A stretch of DNA of 59,144 bases, the filler included, from Porpidia crustulata (Eukaryota), in assembly GCA_964255105.1 (NCBI GenBank). It is 6 parts of 6 records of this genome, joined end to end, with 100 filler letters (N's around TTAATTAATTAA, not from the genome) between each part and the next. Parts side by side here need not be neighbours in the genome. Positions count along the whole stretch, not along the records: positions 19,768 to 29,544 come from CAXUWE010000887.1; positions 29,645 to 39,413 come from CAXUWE010000888.1; 4 more parts are not named here. One strand, given 5' to 3'. Below, piece after piece: positions 25,815 to 38,190 of the stretch. Below the pieces are notes generated by a model. It had not been told where the DNA came from, made no database searches, and worked only from the letters and a program-made list of their open reading frames with translations. The translations under genes were made by a program, and so were the position numbers. Numbering within the stretch: position 1 is the stretch's first letter; each line of letters begins with the position of its first letter.

Positions 25815-27338
25815 TTGGCACGATAGGGACGAGAAGGAATAGTCGCAGTCTCACAAAAACGTGGAAGACCAAGCAGTGATCTGTTGGCGCTCCATTCTAA
25901 GGTGGCGCCTCGCCTCTTACTTGGAGACTGCATAAAAGATCGGACGAGTAGGAGTTTTGAGGGTGGTGCACTGGGCGGCGTATACGGAGGTCGTCTGTAC
26001 AAAACCTACAGCTCTTGAGATGTTCAATCAAAAGATAATCTCTCTATATATTGAGCATCCTGTGCCATTTAAGCTTTTATGACGAAATAGATTGATTAAA
26101 CCCGAAGAATTTCTAGTAAGGACAATTTTTGGAGGTAAATTTTACGCTTACTATCGGTCGAGAATGTTCGCCACCACTGTCTTCAATCTTACAACTCGTT
26201 GGCGCTTTTCCAATTACTTTCCAGCTGGATTTGGCTCAGCACGTGTACAAATCCCGAATTTCACATCACTTTAGTTTGGGTTGGAGATATGAACAAGCTC
26301 TAAACCCTTTAATGATAGCCCTCTGGCAGGCTGTTCATCAACGAATCAAGTGTCCACGGTGGAGTAGGAACTGATACGATATTGCTCCAGCACGCCAATA
26401 TATTGATTATATATGATGCTGGGAAAACCTTCGTGTGAGGAAGGGGCAACACATTGGTATCGCTCAAGTCCTTCGTCTCCCGTACCTATATATTATAGGC
26501 GATTTACGCCATTTTCTCCTGATATCAGTCGTCTTGGGGGCCCCAATGGGTACAAGGCTGCCTTTGGGTAGCTTTCATGATGTTGTTCATGTCTGATAAA
26601 TTTCCCATCGCCCTTTACAAGAAAGACTCGCTACATCAACGATCTTTTCAGCAAATCGATGCAGCTCTGAGGTGGGTCTGAGACTGATGGTATGATCAGT
26701 CACGAATTTTGCAGGCCCATCACGTCTTTAGAACGAGTCTAGTATACAGCGGCCAAGCATTTTCCGCCGCGACAGGGAACGCTCACCACTCTAGCCAACA
26801 AACTCAAGTGTGAGGAGGCCCGAGATCTTAGCAAGCATAGGATCGTTCCGGCATGATCTGTACGGTCAACGGAACGTAGTGTGTAGCTCCGGATTAGAAC
26901 TTTGTTCAGAGGAATAAATGACGGTTTCTGAAAGTCTAAAGCCACAATTAAGCATTGACGGTTCAGAAAAATTGATTATAGACCTTTCCTCAAGAACTGA
27001 AAAATGTCTTCTAACTCAAAGAATTGAGCTTAGTCTTCGTGTCCAAAAGGTTGATAGCAGGAATGGAGCCATCGAATGGTAAGAATACGGTCTGAAATAT
27101 TTGTGACAAAGCTGCCAGTCCTCCTTCCCCATGTGTAAAGACCATACAGATCAATTGATGTGTCTTTTGGCATTGGCGCTTGTGACTCCTCATCGCCCTC
27201 TTCGATCAGCTAGGTAGCAAGGCCCCTACTCTATAGTAGCGTAGGACAACATATACAACAAAGCTGTACCGCGATCTGTGGACTCGTGACTTTGTAGAGA
27301 TGTTAGGTTCTTCCCTGTTAGAGCGCCGTACACCAAGT

Positions 27339-28508
27339 CTACGGTTGAGTATCTGGTGGCAAGGTAATCAAGTGCCCTTTGTGCATCTCCTGACTTTCTT
27401 GGAGTCTATTTCGTGCGGCGTGCAGCTTAGGATCAGTGCCTCCACCTACAAATGTCATAACCCATTGCTTCACATTTGCGACTTTGGCAGTGTGCGTATC
27501 TTGAGCACTCTCTCCTTCCAACTCCCGAGCACTGTAGAAACCTTGAGGGTCATTAACATCAAGTGGACTCCTGTATAGCAAGTCGAGTGTGGTAGTGTTT
27601 TTCCTGAGGCTTTGGCCGTAAACCTTGCCTCTGAATGAACCAAGAGCTACATTTCTCAAGAGAACGATGTCCTGCGGCCGTAGTTTAGTAACAGCGGATC
27701 GCATGTCACACCCTTCCGAGCTCACTGTTTGAGGGTGAAGCCAAAAATTTATACCAAAGCCGGCTTTAGTGTCATCGCCAACGAGCATTTCTGTTAAGTC
27801 CACTCTGCGTCCCCCTTTGCGAGTTATAATTAAGCGCGGCTGAGATATAGAGATGATACCTACAATAAGATTGATGGTCATTGTTTGCGGCTCGATTGAT
27901 CGGATATAGGTTGCATTGGGCATATCTCTCAGATCAATCACGCGGCCAAAAGCAAGTCCAGCACGTGGAACTCTGTTTCCAAACGCGAAACTTGCACTGC
28001 TACTAGAGAGCAGGGAAGTATCCTCGTAACTTGTGGAGAAGGACGAAGTAGTAGGAGAGTCCGAACTAACGATCTGCGATGAGGGTATCTCTTCATGAAC
28101 TGCAAACGAATGCTCATAGTATTGGGAAAGAAGTTCATTTTGCACGTAAGATGAGACCTGAAAGCTCTCTTCGGGCGAGGAAGAAATGAATGATACTTGC
28201 CCAGATGTCACGAAAGATGCTTCATCTGTAAGCTCTGGTTCTTCATCGGCTTTAGAAGCTTTTATCAGTCCAATTGACAGGTGATTACCCTCCAATTGAA
28301 CAGTTCGCCAGGCCGGCACATTTGGCAAAATATCTACTTTTAAGTCTGAAGTATACGGTTGTTTATCGCCTTGTGAATAGCAAGGTTCCAGTGAAGCACA
28401 TAGGGTGTCTTCTCTCCAATCCAAGGAAGTTGACAAGGGTGCTCCAGTAAGCAAGATGGTTTTGCTGCCTTTCATAGCTCTAAACGTTTCATCCTGGTTT
28501 CCATCCAT
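27339..28508 (-). CDS. OB-fold ssDNA-binding protein, SHLD2 (shieldin subunit 2)-like; start at ATG 28508 or 28475
   Basis: Intronless ORF. OB pattern TINLIVGII...LTEMLVGDDTKAGFGINFWL...LRPQDIVLLRNVALGSFRGKVYGQSL. N-terminal ILLTGAP and AWRTVQL motifs. Confidence 0.8.
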   Translation of the reverse strand: MDGNQDETFRAMKGSKTILLTGAPLSTSLDWREDTLCASLEPCYSQGDKQPYTSDLKVDILPNVPAWRTVQLEGNHLSIGLIKASKADEEPELTDEASFVTSGQVSFISSSPEESFQVSSYVQNELLSQYYEHSFAVHEEIPSSQIVSSDSPTTSSFSTSYEDTSLLSSSSASFAFGNRVPRAGLAFGRVIDLRDMPNATYIRSIEPQTMTINLIVGIISISQPRLIITRKGGRRVDLTEMLVGDDTKAGFGINFWLHPQTVSSEGCDMRSAVTKLRPQDIVLLRNVALGSFRGKVYGQSLRKNTTTLDLLYRSPLDVNDPQGFYSARELEGESAQDTHTAKVANVKQWVMTFVGGGTDPKLHAARNRLQESQEMHKGHLITLPPDTQP

Positions 28509-28741
28509 ACGTTGTAAGTGCCATTGAGGGTCTGTGTTACCGTCCACGATTTGAAATGTCCAATTTTATCGAGATGACTGTCGCGTTCGGAAGGATGCTT
28601 ATTCCCCGCGATTATCTTCCGACCCGCCTTCATCGTCCAACATCACTAGTTTGGGGACCGATAGGTGTTTCCAAACCCCCTGAAGCTATGGGTTGAGAGA
28701 CCTCCTACGTAAGGTAGGCTCTCTAGCAGTACAATCGAGGA

Positions 28742-29544
28742 ATGAGCGAGAGCGATTATCAATCTGATGCAACGGGAAAGGAAGAGCAAGAGCATCTACT
28801 TTCCAACAACCTGCAGATGGCAGACATGGCAAGTATCAGCTTGGATCGAGGGACCGGCAAAGACGAATCGCATGTGGAGACTCAATACCATGATGAAGAG
28901 GGTAGCCGTGGAGCAGCTTCAGGACAGTCCGAGCAGAGCCAGACTGCGATACCCATACCTACAGAGCAACGGCTGATTGAATACAAAGTCTACAAGAGGA
29001 GATGGTTCGGACTGATGCAGTTGGTACTACTCAATATCGTTGTGAGCTGGGACTGGCTCTCATTCTCCCCTGTCGCCAATACCGCTGCAACATACTTCTC
29101 CACCAGCGCCTCCACGATAAATTGGCTGTCAACCTCCTTCCTCTTCGCCTTCGTTTTCGCCGCGCCCTTCACTCTATATGCCCTCCATAAGGGCGGGCCT
29201 CGCCTCGCTTTCGTCTGCTCCTCCCTGCTTATCCTTTTGGGGAACTGGATCCGCTACGCCGGTACCCGCATGTCTCCCCCCAACTTCGGCCGCACCATGT
29301 TCGGCCAAATCCTAATTGGCCTCGCCCAACCTTTTGTCCTCGCCGCACCAACCCGTTTCTCGGACCTCTGGTTCTCCCCACGCGGCCGTGTCTCCGCTAC
29401 CGCCATTGCGTCCCTCGCCAATCCCTTTGGCGGCGCCCTCGGCCAGCTCATCAACCCCTTCCTTTGCCCGGCCGACTCCCCCAAAAGCATCCCCCCAATG
29501 GTCCTCTACGTCGCCATCATCTCCTCCGTCGCCACCATCCCCAC
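28742..29544 (+). CDS. MFS transporter, FLVCR/SLC49-like; 3'-truncated
   Basis: YKVYKRRWFGL, multiple TM helices, and FGQILIGLAQPFVLAAPTRFSDLWFSPRGRVSATAIASLANPFG. Confidence 0.9.
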
Positions 29545-29644
29545 NNNNNNNNNNNNNNNNNNNNNNNNNNNNNNNNNNNNNNNNNNNNTTAATTAATTAA
29601 NNNNNNNNNNNNNNNNNNNNNNNNNNNNNNNNNNNNNNNNNNNN
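29545..29644. other. Artificial contig spacer
   Basis: N44-TTAATTAATTAA-N44. Confidence 0.99.
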
Positions 29645-29938
29645 GACATCGGGTGCCCAGATAGCTCCACTGCTCCATGATGGAATGTTCAAGAGCGCAT
29701 CAAAGCCGGTCAAATCCCACTTGATGAAGTCTTTGGATGTAGCGAGAGGGACGTTGTGCTGGCCGTTGTTGGTTCCGAAGGCATAGTAAGTACCCCGGTT
29801 GTAGATGAACCCTGGATCGGGGAAATTCTCAGATATAACGGGGCCGTTGGAAAATGAGCGCTTCAAGCGTTCTTTCGTGGGGGCCTGACAGGAGAGGCCG
29901 ACAAGCGAGGCCGCTAGGAGAAGAGGTCGATAAAGCAT
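29645..29938 (-). CDS. Secreted glycoside hydrolase family 43 (arabinanase/xylosidase-like), N-terminal part only
   Basis: Signal peptide MLYRPLLLAASLVGLSCQA, Kex2-like KR, then NFPDPGF..YYAFGTN, ATSKDFIKW and IWAPDV. Confidence 0.88.
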
Positions 29939-30020
29939 GTTCAACTAGGTATATGGTAAACACTGGACTTATCAAGGGCCGGAAAGTCGAGACTGCTGGT
30001 TACTGTGCGAGGAACTTTCC

Positions 30021-30230
30021 TTATAAGGGCCTGCATGCCGCCGTGCCGTTATGTCGGTTTCGCAGTGCTTGAGGTCAGGCTGAGCATTAAAGGTCTGAAT
30101 CTGCCGACTCATTGTTAAATTAACATCGGAGTCCCGCCCGCGTGTGGCCCGTTGATATGGTGATCACCTCATGGCGACGACGGGCTGCAGGTGGGGGTCC
30201 AATAGAGTCGTATCGCCAGCTGACTTAGCC
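30021..30230 (-). promoter_or_regulatory. Candidate GH43 promoter elements: TATAA (~30021-30026), CreA-type GTGGGG (30191-30196), XlnR-type GGCTAA (30225-30230, minus)
   Basis: Hexamer consensus matches 80-290 bp upstream of a hemicellulase ATG. Short motifs occur by chance. Confidence 0.3.
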
Positions 30231-32833
30231 CCTGCTAAGCCACGGCTCTGATTGTACCTTTTTCCGGGACATCCTTGTTTAAAAGACTCAGAAGACTTGT
30301 AAGAGTGGTCAGAATTGAGTAATTTTAGGTTTGGCAAGCTAGGATCTCGAGAGTGTAACAGATCAGGCCCAAGCTAATCCGGCTGTCGAACTTAGTGGCC
30401 TAGTGGCATGTACATATCTTTACAGCAGCATCCTAATGTAGCAAAATGGAACGAGATTCTGGACAAGGCTTTTGCAGGGAAGGCTGGAAAGCATGCAGAA
30501 ATACTAAGGCAGTGAAGAATGAATGACTTGCAAGAGGTCGCTGTAACTGCGAGAAGGTATAACGTGACGTTGACGTAAATCTGAGATGGTGTATGGAAAC
30601 AATGTGGGTGTATCAAGCCTTCGAATAGACCCCGGAGTTATTAGGATGAGGATTGCATTATTCAGGCAAAGAGCGGCACGAATATGAGAAGAGACAAGAT
30701 GTAAAATGACGGCAGGATGAACTTGAAACAAGCCAGCCTAGTGAGCTACACGTGCGACACTATTGCTGGCTGAGGAATATGATGAGAACGAACCCGGGGA
30801 GCGGGTTTGCCTCTACTGGGATATTCTGCGAACAGTCGATGGCGCATCCGATTTAACGTGTGGTTTCTATCGTCTGTCGCCTTTGATCAGATAATTTGGC
30901 GCAATTGCAAAGTCCTCCACGTATGATCAAGGCATCAAAGCCGTCTCAGCCCAGTATGACCTCCATGTCAACAGTCCCGTGGGCCGTCGCCGGTCACACA
31001 AGTTTCGGGCTATTTTGGTGGGGGGTTTGAGGGGGCCAAATTTGAAGACATCTGGGTTTCAAGCCAATACCCCCACGGCTCTAGTAATCAAATGGGTATG
31101 GACTCTGTAAATCCGGTAGATCCGACTGTGTTGTACCCGCAGTAAGATTCCCATACGTTCCCGTGCTGTAAGCCCAGTAAATCGGATACCTGATATCTAA
31201 TTCTGAATGATGTGACGTGGTATTCTTCGAGGGATGTCGTTAGACAAGAAGAACCTGCCGGTAGCTTTCTGGTCCTCTCCAAAAGGATGACCTTGCCCTA
31301 AGCATAGTCACGACTAAATCGCTCATGACATTCTGGCAAATCCTATGAATGCGAGATTCCTTGGCCTACATAATGCGTATGCGCCTTATCTGCATACATA
31401 TTAGACGTGTTCCTACCGTCTGCATAGCAAACGACTGGGGTAAAACTCTCAAGAGACATTTGCGAGGAATTCCCTGCTCGAAAAATTGTGACAGGGGTTC
31501 CGCCACGTCCTAGATATCTCTCTGATCAGAACCGCTATGGTCGAATTTGCTAGGCTTGTGAAGTATAGTCCGACAAGACGAAGAATCTATCTACCTCATC
31601 TACTAGACATGGTTGAAGAGTTCATGCCAGATGCAGGGCTACTGCGCGGCGAGGAGATGTGCGTAGTCAAATTTGCAGCATAATATAAACTTTGTGCAAC
31701 TAAGGGTCAAGGCGGAACATCCCTTTGGACCGCTAGTATGCCAGCGACCGTCCAAGATTGATATAAGCTGGCGAGAGTCCTGACGCTTGCGTGTTTATCA
31801 GCATGGGAGAAGATCTGTGGTGCCTTTCTGTGGTATAGTGGCTATCGTGGTCTTTCGATAGGGTAGAGCTATACTGTGTTGACCTGGTGGATAGTCTGTG
31901 CAATCCGACGCATTTACATATCCCTTGTCCCTTCGCTAAGTCTGTGGTCTTGATCTTCACCTTTGGCTCTCCTGCAGGGCCAAACTCATTTAGGCAGGCC
32001 GGATCCTCTGGATGAAGCTGGCGATGGAGAGAATAATGTTGGTAAAGTTGCATTTGTTGGTTAATCTACAATTATTTGCAGGTGGCTTCCTAGCATCATG
32101 CCTGTCAGAGCATGCTGTACAATTTGCGTCAAAATATAGGGTTCAGGATCTCCAGAGCACGTTTACAAGACGGTGGGAAGAAAGTAAATTGTCGTGATGT
32201 TGTCACGGGAATAGAAATTGAAAGATCCACACAATTTCCTTTTGTACATTTTCTCTGTGGTTGTCATTGATGAGTCCTAAGGAGAGGGCAAGGTACCACC
32301 ATGGGTCGGTCCACGGCCAAAGAAAATATTTCTCATGATCGATTTTCGTGGTGTGCTTGAAGAACCTAGACCTATGAAGGCACGTTCTGTGGCTGTTGAT
32401 TACCCGTGATTCTAGTGAAGCCAGATGATGTGTCTTGAGATATTTGAAACACATCTCTCTGCGTCAAAGAAGGTGATGAATAGTGGTGCCACTCCTTCCT
32501 GTCAGGCCTACCCTGTGCGATTTCAGTAGTGAAGATGATGAATAGCTTCAGCAGTCACTACTTGCAAAACGTTACTCTCCGTTTGATCTCTGCGCTCATG
32601 TAAGAGTCAAACCAAAGCCACAGGTTGTGACTCCATATGGGTATAAGTAGACCACGGGTCTCCTACACATATATTTTTTTCTTCCCAAGGATATTTTGAA
32701 TATCACAACTCTACTTGATCTCCGATCCATAAACCTAGTGTCCTAGCAGTGCCAAAGCGGTTCTTGAAAATCACCATCTTCGAGCCCCAGAGTCATCTTC
32801 CACCACCAGCCGAGGAAATAAATTGACCCTAGA

Positions 32834-34042
32834 ATGTCGTCCGCAACAGCAAAGCGCTGGTTCATACCCGATTCCAAGTTTGACACCATCACAGAAGATT
32901 ACGCTGTAGTGGGTGAGTCCGCAGCGAGGATTAGTCTGGACCTGCTCACATACGACTACGAGACCGTGCACAAATATGCTGAGCGATCCGAGACCCTCCG
33001 CGATTGCTTGAATAATAACGTTTTAGGATTGGGTAGTTATGGCTCTATTGGCGAGGGGGGAATACTGGTCTATGCCGACGTGAATGAAGCCGATCCGGAA
33101 CACAAAAAGAAAGTATACGGCGTTTGGGCAAATGAACTGTATCTTGACGTGGATGATGAGGAGAAGAATGCGAAGATATTAGAGCTATGGGAGAAATTGG
33201 AGAATGGGAACAAAAACACGTGGAAAGCTGAATACGAGGGCTGGCTGGAGGACGCCTTCGCCGCGACTTTTAGGTCAGGCAAGCTTGATCACATGCTCAT
33301 GGAAGGCCTTATACAGCTCAAAGACAAAGAGGATATTCAAGTATTACTAAAGTTCATCAGTGGTCAGGCCAAGAGGAAGACTCCGCGTCCTGTGATGCTG
33401 CTTGTTGGTATGGTCGACAAGGCAAAGACCGACAAGCGAGGCCTGACTGAAGGATGGGCGATCGGTTATGACTTCCTCAAAAGGATTTTAATCATCAAAC
33501 CTTTCACATCCAAGAAAGGCCACCACCCTCTGGGCGAAACGTGGCACGACAAGGCTGCCGACGATGGTGTTAGTTTCAAGGGAACAGCAGCGTTATTCGC
33601 TGATAATTTCGTGAAGCTCGGACCCCAAGTCGGGGAAAAGCCAAAAATTGATGATTGCAAGCTCATGGTGCATGCGGTTGTCGCAAATTGGATTGTAGAA
33701 CACTGGGAGGGATTTTCAGCCATGGAGCCGGAGAAGTGGACGGACAAATTTGAAGAGAGCATCGGGGATGCAAATGCGAAGGTCCTTGATTCTCTTAGCA
33801 AGCGGACGATGAGTATCACTGAGAAGAATGGCGGATGGAAATGCCGGATGCCCAGTTTCAACAGACTTGCTCATGAGCTGGCCATTCAGGAGGCCAGGTT
33901 CAGGTACGACGCTCTCGAAGCCCGCGAGGAAGGAAACGAGAAAGCAGCCCAGAATGCGGCGGAATTTTATGAGCGCATGGTGAAAGAAGTCAAAGCTTTC
34001 AACGACAACCCTGACAATCAAATTTCCAGAGGCACGAATTAA
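32834..34042 (+). CDS. Orphan intronless 402-aa protein of unknown function
   Basis: Long open frame with ATG and globular-protein composition. TATAAG at ~32642. No recognised family. Confidence 0.85.
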   Translation: MSSATAKRWFIPDSKFDTITEDYAVVGESAARISLDLLTYDYETVHKYAERSETLRDCLNNNVLGLGSYGSIGEGGILVYADVNEADPEHKKKVYGVWANELYLDVDDEEKNAKILELWEKLENGNKNTWKAEYEGWLEDAFAATFRSGKLDHMLMEGLIQLKDKEDIQVLLKFISGQAKRKTPRPVMLLVGMVDKAKTDKRGLTEGWAIGYDFLKRILIIKPFTSKKGHHPLGETWHDKAADDGVSFKGTAALFADNFVKLGPQVGEKPKIDDCKLMVHAVVANWIVEHWEGFSAMEPEKWTDKFEESIGDANAKVLDSLSKRTMSITEKNGGWKCRMPSFNRLAHELAIQEARFRYDALEAREEGNEKAAQNAAEFYERMVKEVKAFNDNPDNQISRGTN

Positions 34043-34303
34043 ATTTTACAAAAGGGAAGTGTATGCGGAATGACAGATGGCGTGGCGACTGGAATAGCCT
34101 AGATCCTGTATGCTAGTCTAATTATTTATTTCCTTGCATTGATGCGTGCTATCAGACGTGCGAGCGAGTAGTTCACGGCAAGATGATCATCATTTCCATT
34201 CGTGATCTCCGACCGATGAGTACTTTCTAGGGCGCCGCAATTCTCCAGAAGGTGGTGCGTTTTAATTTTGTAGCTTGCCAGTGTCTCGTTGGGTCCACTC
34301 ACA

Positions 34304-35886
34304 CTATCCAAAGATAGTATCCAGCATAAATGGCGCTAAGGCTCTAGCCCCTGGCGTACCTACACACTGAGCAACTCTGTTCCCTCGTCGGGGACTCAAC
34401 CATCGTCCTGTATCACCAGGTACCTCGTCTTCTTCTCCGTCATCATCTTGTCTCATCTTTCTATCCCGTCGATCAACTACACACATTCCTCTTGTCCATT
34501 GGCCGGCTGTCTCGACCCTAATATCTTCTTTCCCCGAGATGATCCAATCTTCCTCTTGCGTCTGTCCGTTCAGAGCATACCATACGCAAACTGGGTCATG
34601 TAAACTTGTAGCTGTGCTGCCTCCCTCGTGACCATGATGCAACGTCTCCATTTTCCTTAGTGTTGAGCTGATGATAGCATCTGTCCACTCTGCCAAGGGG
34701 CTCCCTTCTTGAATGAGAGGTTTTACCTTTGCCTCAAACTCATCTCGTCGGAGAGTATGAGGAGTCGTAATGTCAAGTGGAAAGAGGATGACGTTCAGCC
34801 TCCGAACACCGAGCTCGTGCTTCTGAGGGTAAGGTGGCAATACATTGGCGTCGGAATTGCTACTGAGATCCTTTCGAGCACTCTGAGGTGGTGCATATGG
34901 CATCGTACTTGCTGGATTGGGTGAGGTCAAAGCGAAGACTCGAGCAGCAGCAGTAGCGTCAGCCAAAGTATTAAACTCTCCAACCGGAGTGATATTTCCT
35001 GGTACAGCAATCGATCCACCCATCACAAGGATAAATTTGGCACGCAACAAGATCGTCGGTGCATGCGATGCTGCAAGTGCAAGGTTTGTCAGGGGACCGA
35101 TGGCAATGACAGTAATTGTATCTGGCGGGTTCTGCTCGAGGACTCGTAAGATCTCGAGATGGGATGGCCGGTTCGAGGGTGTGAACAGTGGACTCGAAGA
35201 GCTAAGATCCGCTTGAGCGCTTTCTACTGCTGTAGTGGATATCAATGTATCTGGGGGTGGTTTTGCGAAAAGTGACTTCCAGGTTTCCTCTGGACTAGTA
35301 TGATGAGGGTGCTATTCGTGGATTAGAATGGAACAAGCAGGTTCAATGGTGTTTCTACACTGCTGTGAACTCCCCCAAGCCCGTCAGTACCATCTAGATT
35401 ATTGAGTAGTCAGTGGTTTTAATCGAGTGTTCCATTTTATGGAATGACTCACGAAAGTAATCAGCCATCATGATTTGATCGTTCAAAGGCCTATCTGCAC
35501 CGACAGCCACTATAGGTTTCGAAGTCTTCAAAGTTTCAAACCCTTCGGCTCGCCCGGATTTCCTACGCCATTGCATTTCTTTCTCAATGACATGAAACAT
35601 GGAGACAACATTGCGAAGACACCTAGGTAATTCACACATTAGGACTTTGGAAATTCGAGGGAAATGACCAGTTCTGACTTTTGCACATCTACGTTCCCGT
35701 ATGTGATCGAGATTAATAGCACCTCTATGGCCTCAGGACTTGAAGCAAAAGCTAACAAAAGAGCAGCTACATCATCGACGCCCTAGGGATGGAGAAAATT
35801 GAGCCAGTGTTAGTTGCCTTGACAAGTATTGAGGAAACTTATCGTACCGGATCAGTATCAATGATGACTCTTGATTTCGGCGCCAT
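34304..35886 (-). CDS. Inosine/uridine-preferring nucleoside hydrolase (URH1-like; 5 exons)
   Basis: Spliced MAPKSRVIIDTDP|GVDDVAALLLA...ITYGNV...|HGTDGLGG. Also AIGPLTNLALA, VMGGS...GNITPVGEFN, FPLDIT and LHDPVCV. Confidence 0.93.
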
Positions 35887-37503
35887 CAATATATACGAAT
35901 ATTACTTTTACGAAAGTGGAATATATGGTTGGATCTTTGCGATTGACGGCAGGTGAGGATTAAAACCCCGTGCCCCCAATCAGATATTCGTGAATGAGTC
36001 AGCAGTCATCTCTCGTCGTGTTTTCTCAGAATTGCGAAAGAAAAGACATCAATCCAGCTATGATGCTTTCATGTCGAGTATGGCATACTTGAAGATTCTG
36101 ACTATAAACAAGAACTTACTACCTTAAGGTTACGTTCTTACAGCATATAATCAAGATCGTCAAAGCGCGCGTAGCGCTGAGACCATCAGCTCATGTCCGA
36201 GTAGAGATTCAATTCCCACGACGACTCTAACTTCCAATAAAAAGAATAATTGTATCATCTTGACGTCGTGTGGTTGTTATCAACGGCTTAGACAGCTGGG
36301 CGGGCATGGGTGGCAGGACTGTGGAATTATTTAAAAACAATACTGATTGTACCCTATCCTTGAACATTTAACCATGGCGATGGCTACTTGATGCCAGCTC
36401 AATCCGATATTTGATACTGGACTCAGCCTTCGAAAAATGAGGCTGAGAGAGATAGATGAAGAGAAAACTATCGCTCCATACTGGAAGGACGATGTAACAG
36501 CGTCTCGACGAAACCTGACTTCTATGCTATGGGCTAGTCCACTTACATTGCGCCATTAAGACTGTGATTCTAAGGGTGCTGAAATGCGTGATACAGTGAC
36601 AAGTATTAACTTATGTCTTTTGCTGACATGCGGTCGTACAGACAAAGACAATGTAACAACAGTCAGGAAAAAATTACAACAAATTGGATTTTCGGAAACT
36701 CGCAACTGCAGAGTTGAAAGAGCAGGCTTCACTGGAGGTCAATCTGTCAGCTAAGGAGATTTACTTTCATCCGTCAGTCGTCAGCTGTCAGAAGTAATGT
36801 ATTTAGAATGTCTCTATCACTGTAGAAGGAGGCCAACGTTGCAGATCAAGTCTGGCTGCAAGGAAAAGGAAAGATCGACATCATGTACATTGCTATATAG
36901 AACTCGAATCATTTGCAGGAAGAAATAACACTGCAACTCGCGAACTAGGGGGGGGAGGAAGTTATATCATTCTGGTGATTCTAATGGTTTTTGTTGGGTG
37001 ACTAACTGACTATCAGGCAAATTGATGAATACGAAGCTCGAGTGGCGACTGACAAGGCTCGATTGATCATTGACGCCAGAAATAGAAATCGTACACGAAC
37101 GCATGAAATTTCCAATTCTTTTACTGTCCGGAGGATCGTCGACCGTGGCACTAGAGACACTAGAGGCATCGCTAGACAGGGATAGACGTGAAGATGAGAG
37201 GATGAAGGGAAATTACTGGTGAACCTTAGCATCAATCGGGGTTAGCGACACGAGAGGAGCAGCGACCCCTGAGTTTCCCTATTTATCCATAATAGAACGC
37301 GTCGGCCCAGCGACTCAACCCTTTTTTTGCATAATACATCTGTCTCTCGCTTTTCATCAATACACACTCATTCAAAACAATTTCCCTTTGATATCTTACA
37401 TACAGCATTACAAAGTACCGCATACCTGATATTACACTCTAATCACACACTTCATCACTACAACAATTTTCACTTAATCAACCATAAGTCCAACTCCGCC
37501 AAA

Positions 37504-38190
37504 ATGAAGTACTCATTCGCCGTCCTTCCCTTTGCCGCCGTTGCCATTGCGCAGTCGGGGAGCAGCAGCAGTTATGTGAGTATTGCAACTGTATAATATC
37601 GGCCTGACACGCGTTTGACGTACTGCCGGGGTTGATGGTTCCTGTTGACAATGAGCTCTTGCTAACATCCTTACGACTAGACCAACCCCTTCACATCCTA
37701 CACCAGCCAGACAAACTCTCTGGGCGTTGTGACTGGTATGCCAACAGTAGTGACGACCCAGCCACTCCCGATTACCACTCAGCCAGTCGCCGTCACCACC
37801 CAACCAGCCGTGGCCACCAGCCCAGCCGGTACGCCAACCTATATTCCATCTGTCGCCATGAACTCCACCCTCGTCCCGGTTGCCTCTCCCTCCACCGGTA
37901 TGACCTCTGGGACAGGCGCTACCAATGGGACTTTGGGTAGCGGTACTAGCACCAACGGGACTTCATCAAGCGGAGGTAGCACCAACGGAACTTCAGGCAG
38001 CAGCACCAGCGGCAGCAGCTCTGGATCATCCACTACCTCCGGCTCTGGCTCTGGTTCCAGTTCCAAGACTGGCAGTTCTACGTCATCGTCAAGCACTGCT
38101 TCAGCAAGCGCAAAAAGCGATGCAGGTGCCCTCGCACAGCCAATTCTGGGCCTTGGTCTTGCTGGTGCCCTCTTCGCTGCTTTCCTATAG
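37504..38190 (+). CDS. Ser/Thr/Gly-rich GPI-anchored cell-wall protein (exons 37504-37575, 37681-38190)
   Basis: Signal peptide MKYSFAVLPFAAVAIA. GTGAGT...GCTAAC...TAG intron. VTTQP and STNGTS repeats. C-terminal SDAGALAQPILGLGLAGALFAAFL fits a GPI signal. Confidence 0.9.

Noticed and set aside
26100..27200. Coding-like fragments on the minus strand between MRP10 and the OB-fold gene
   Set aside because: Stops in every frame and no identifiable family, so a pseudogene call is not supportable.
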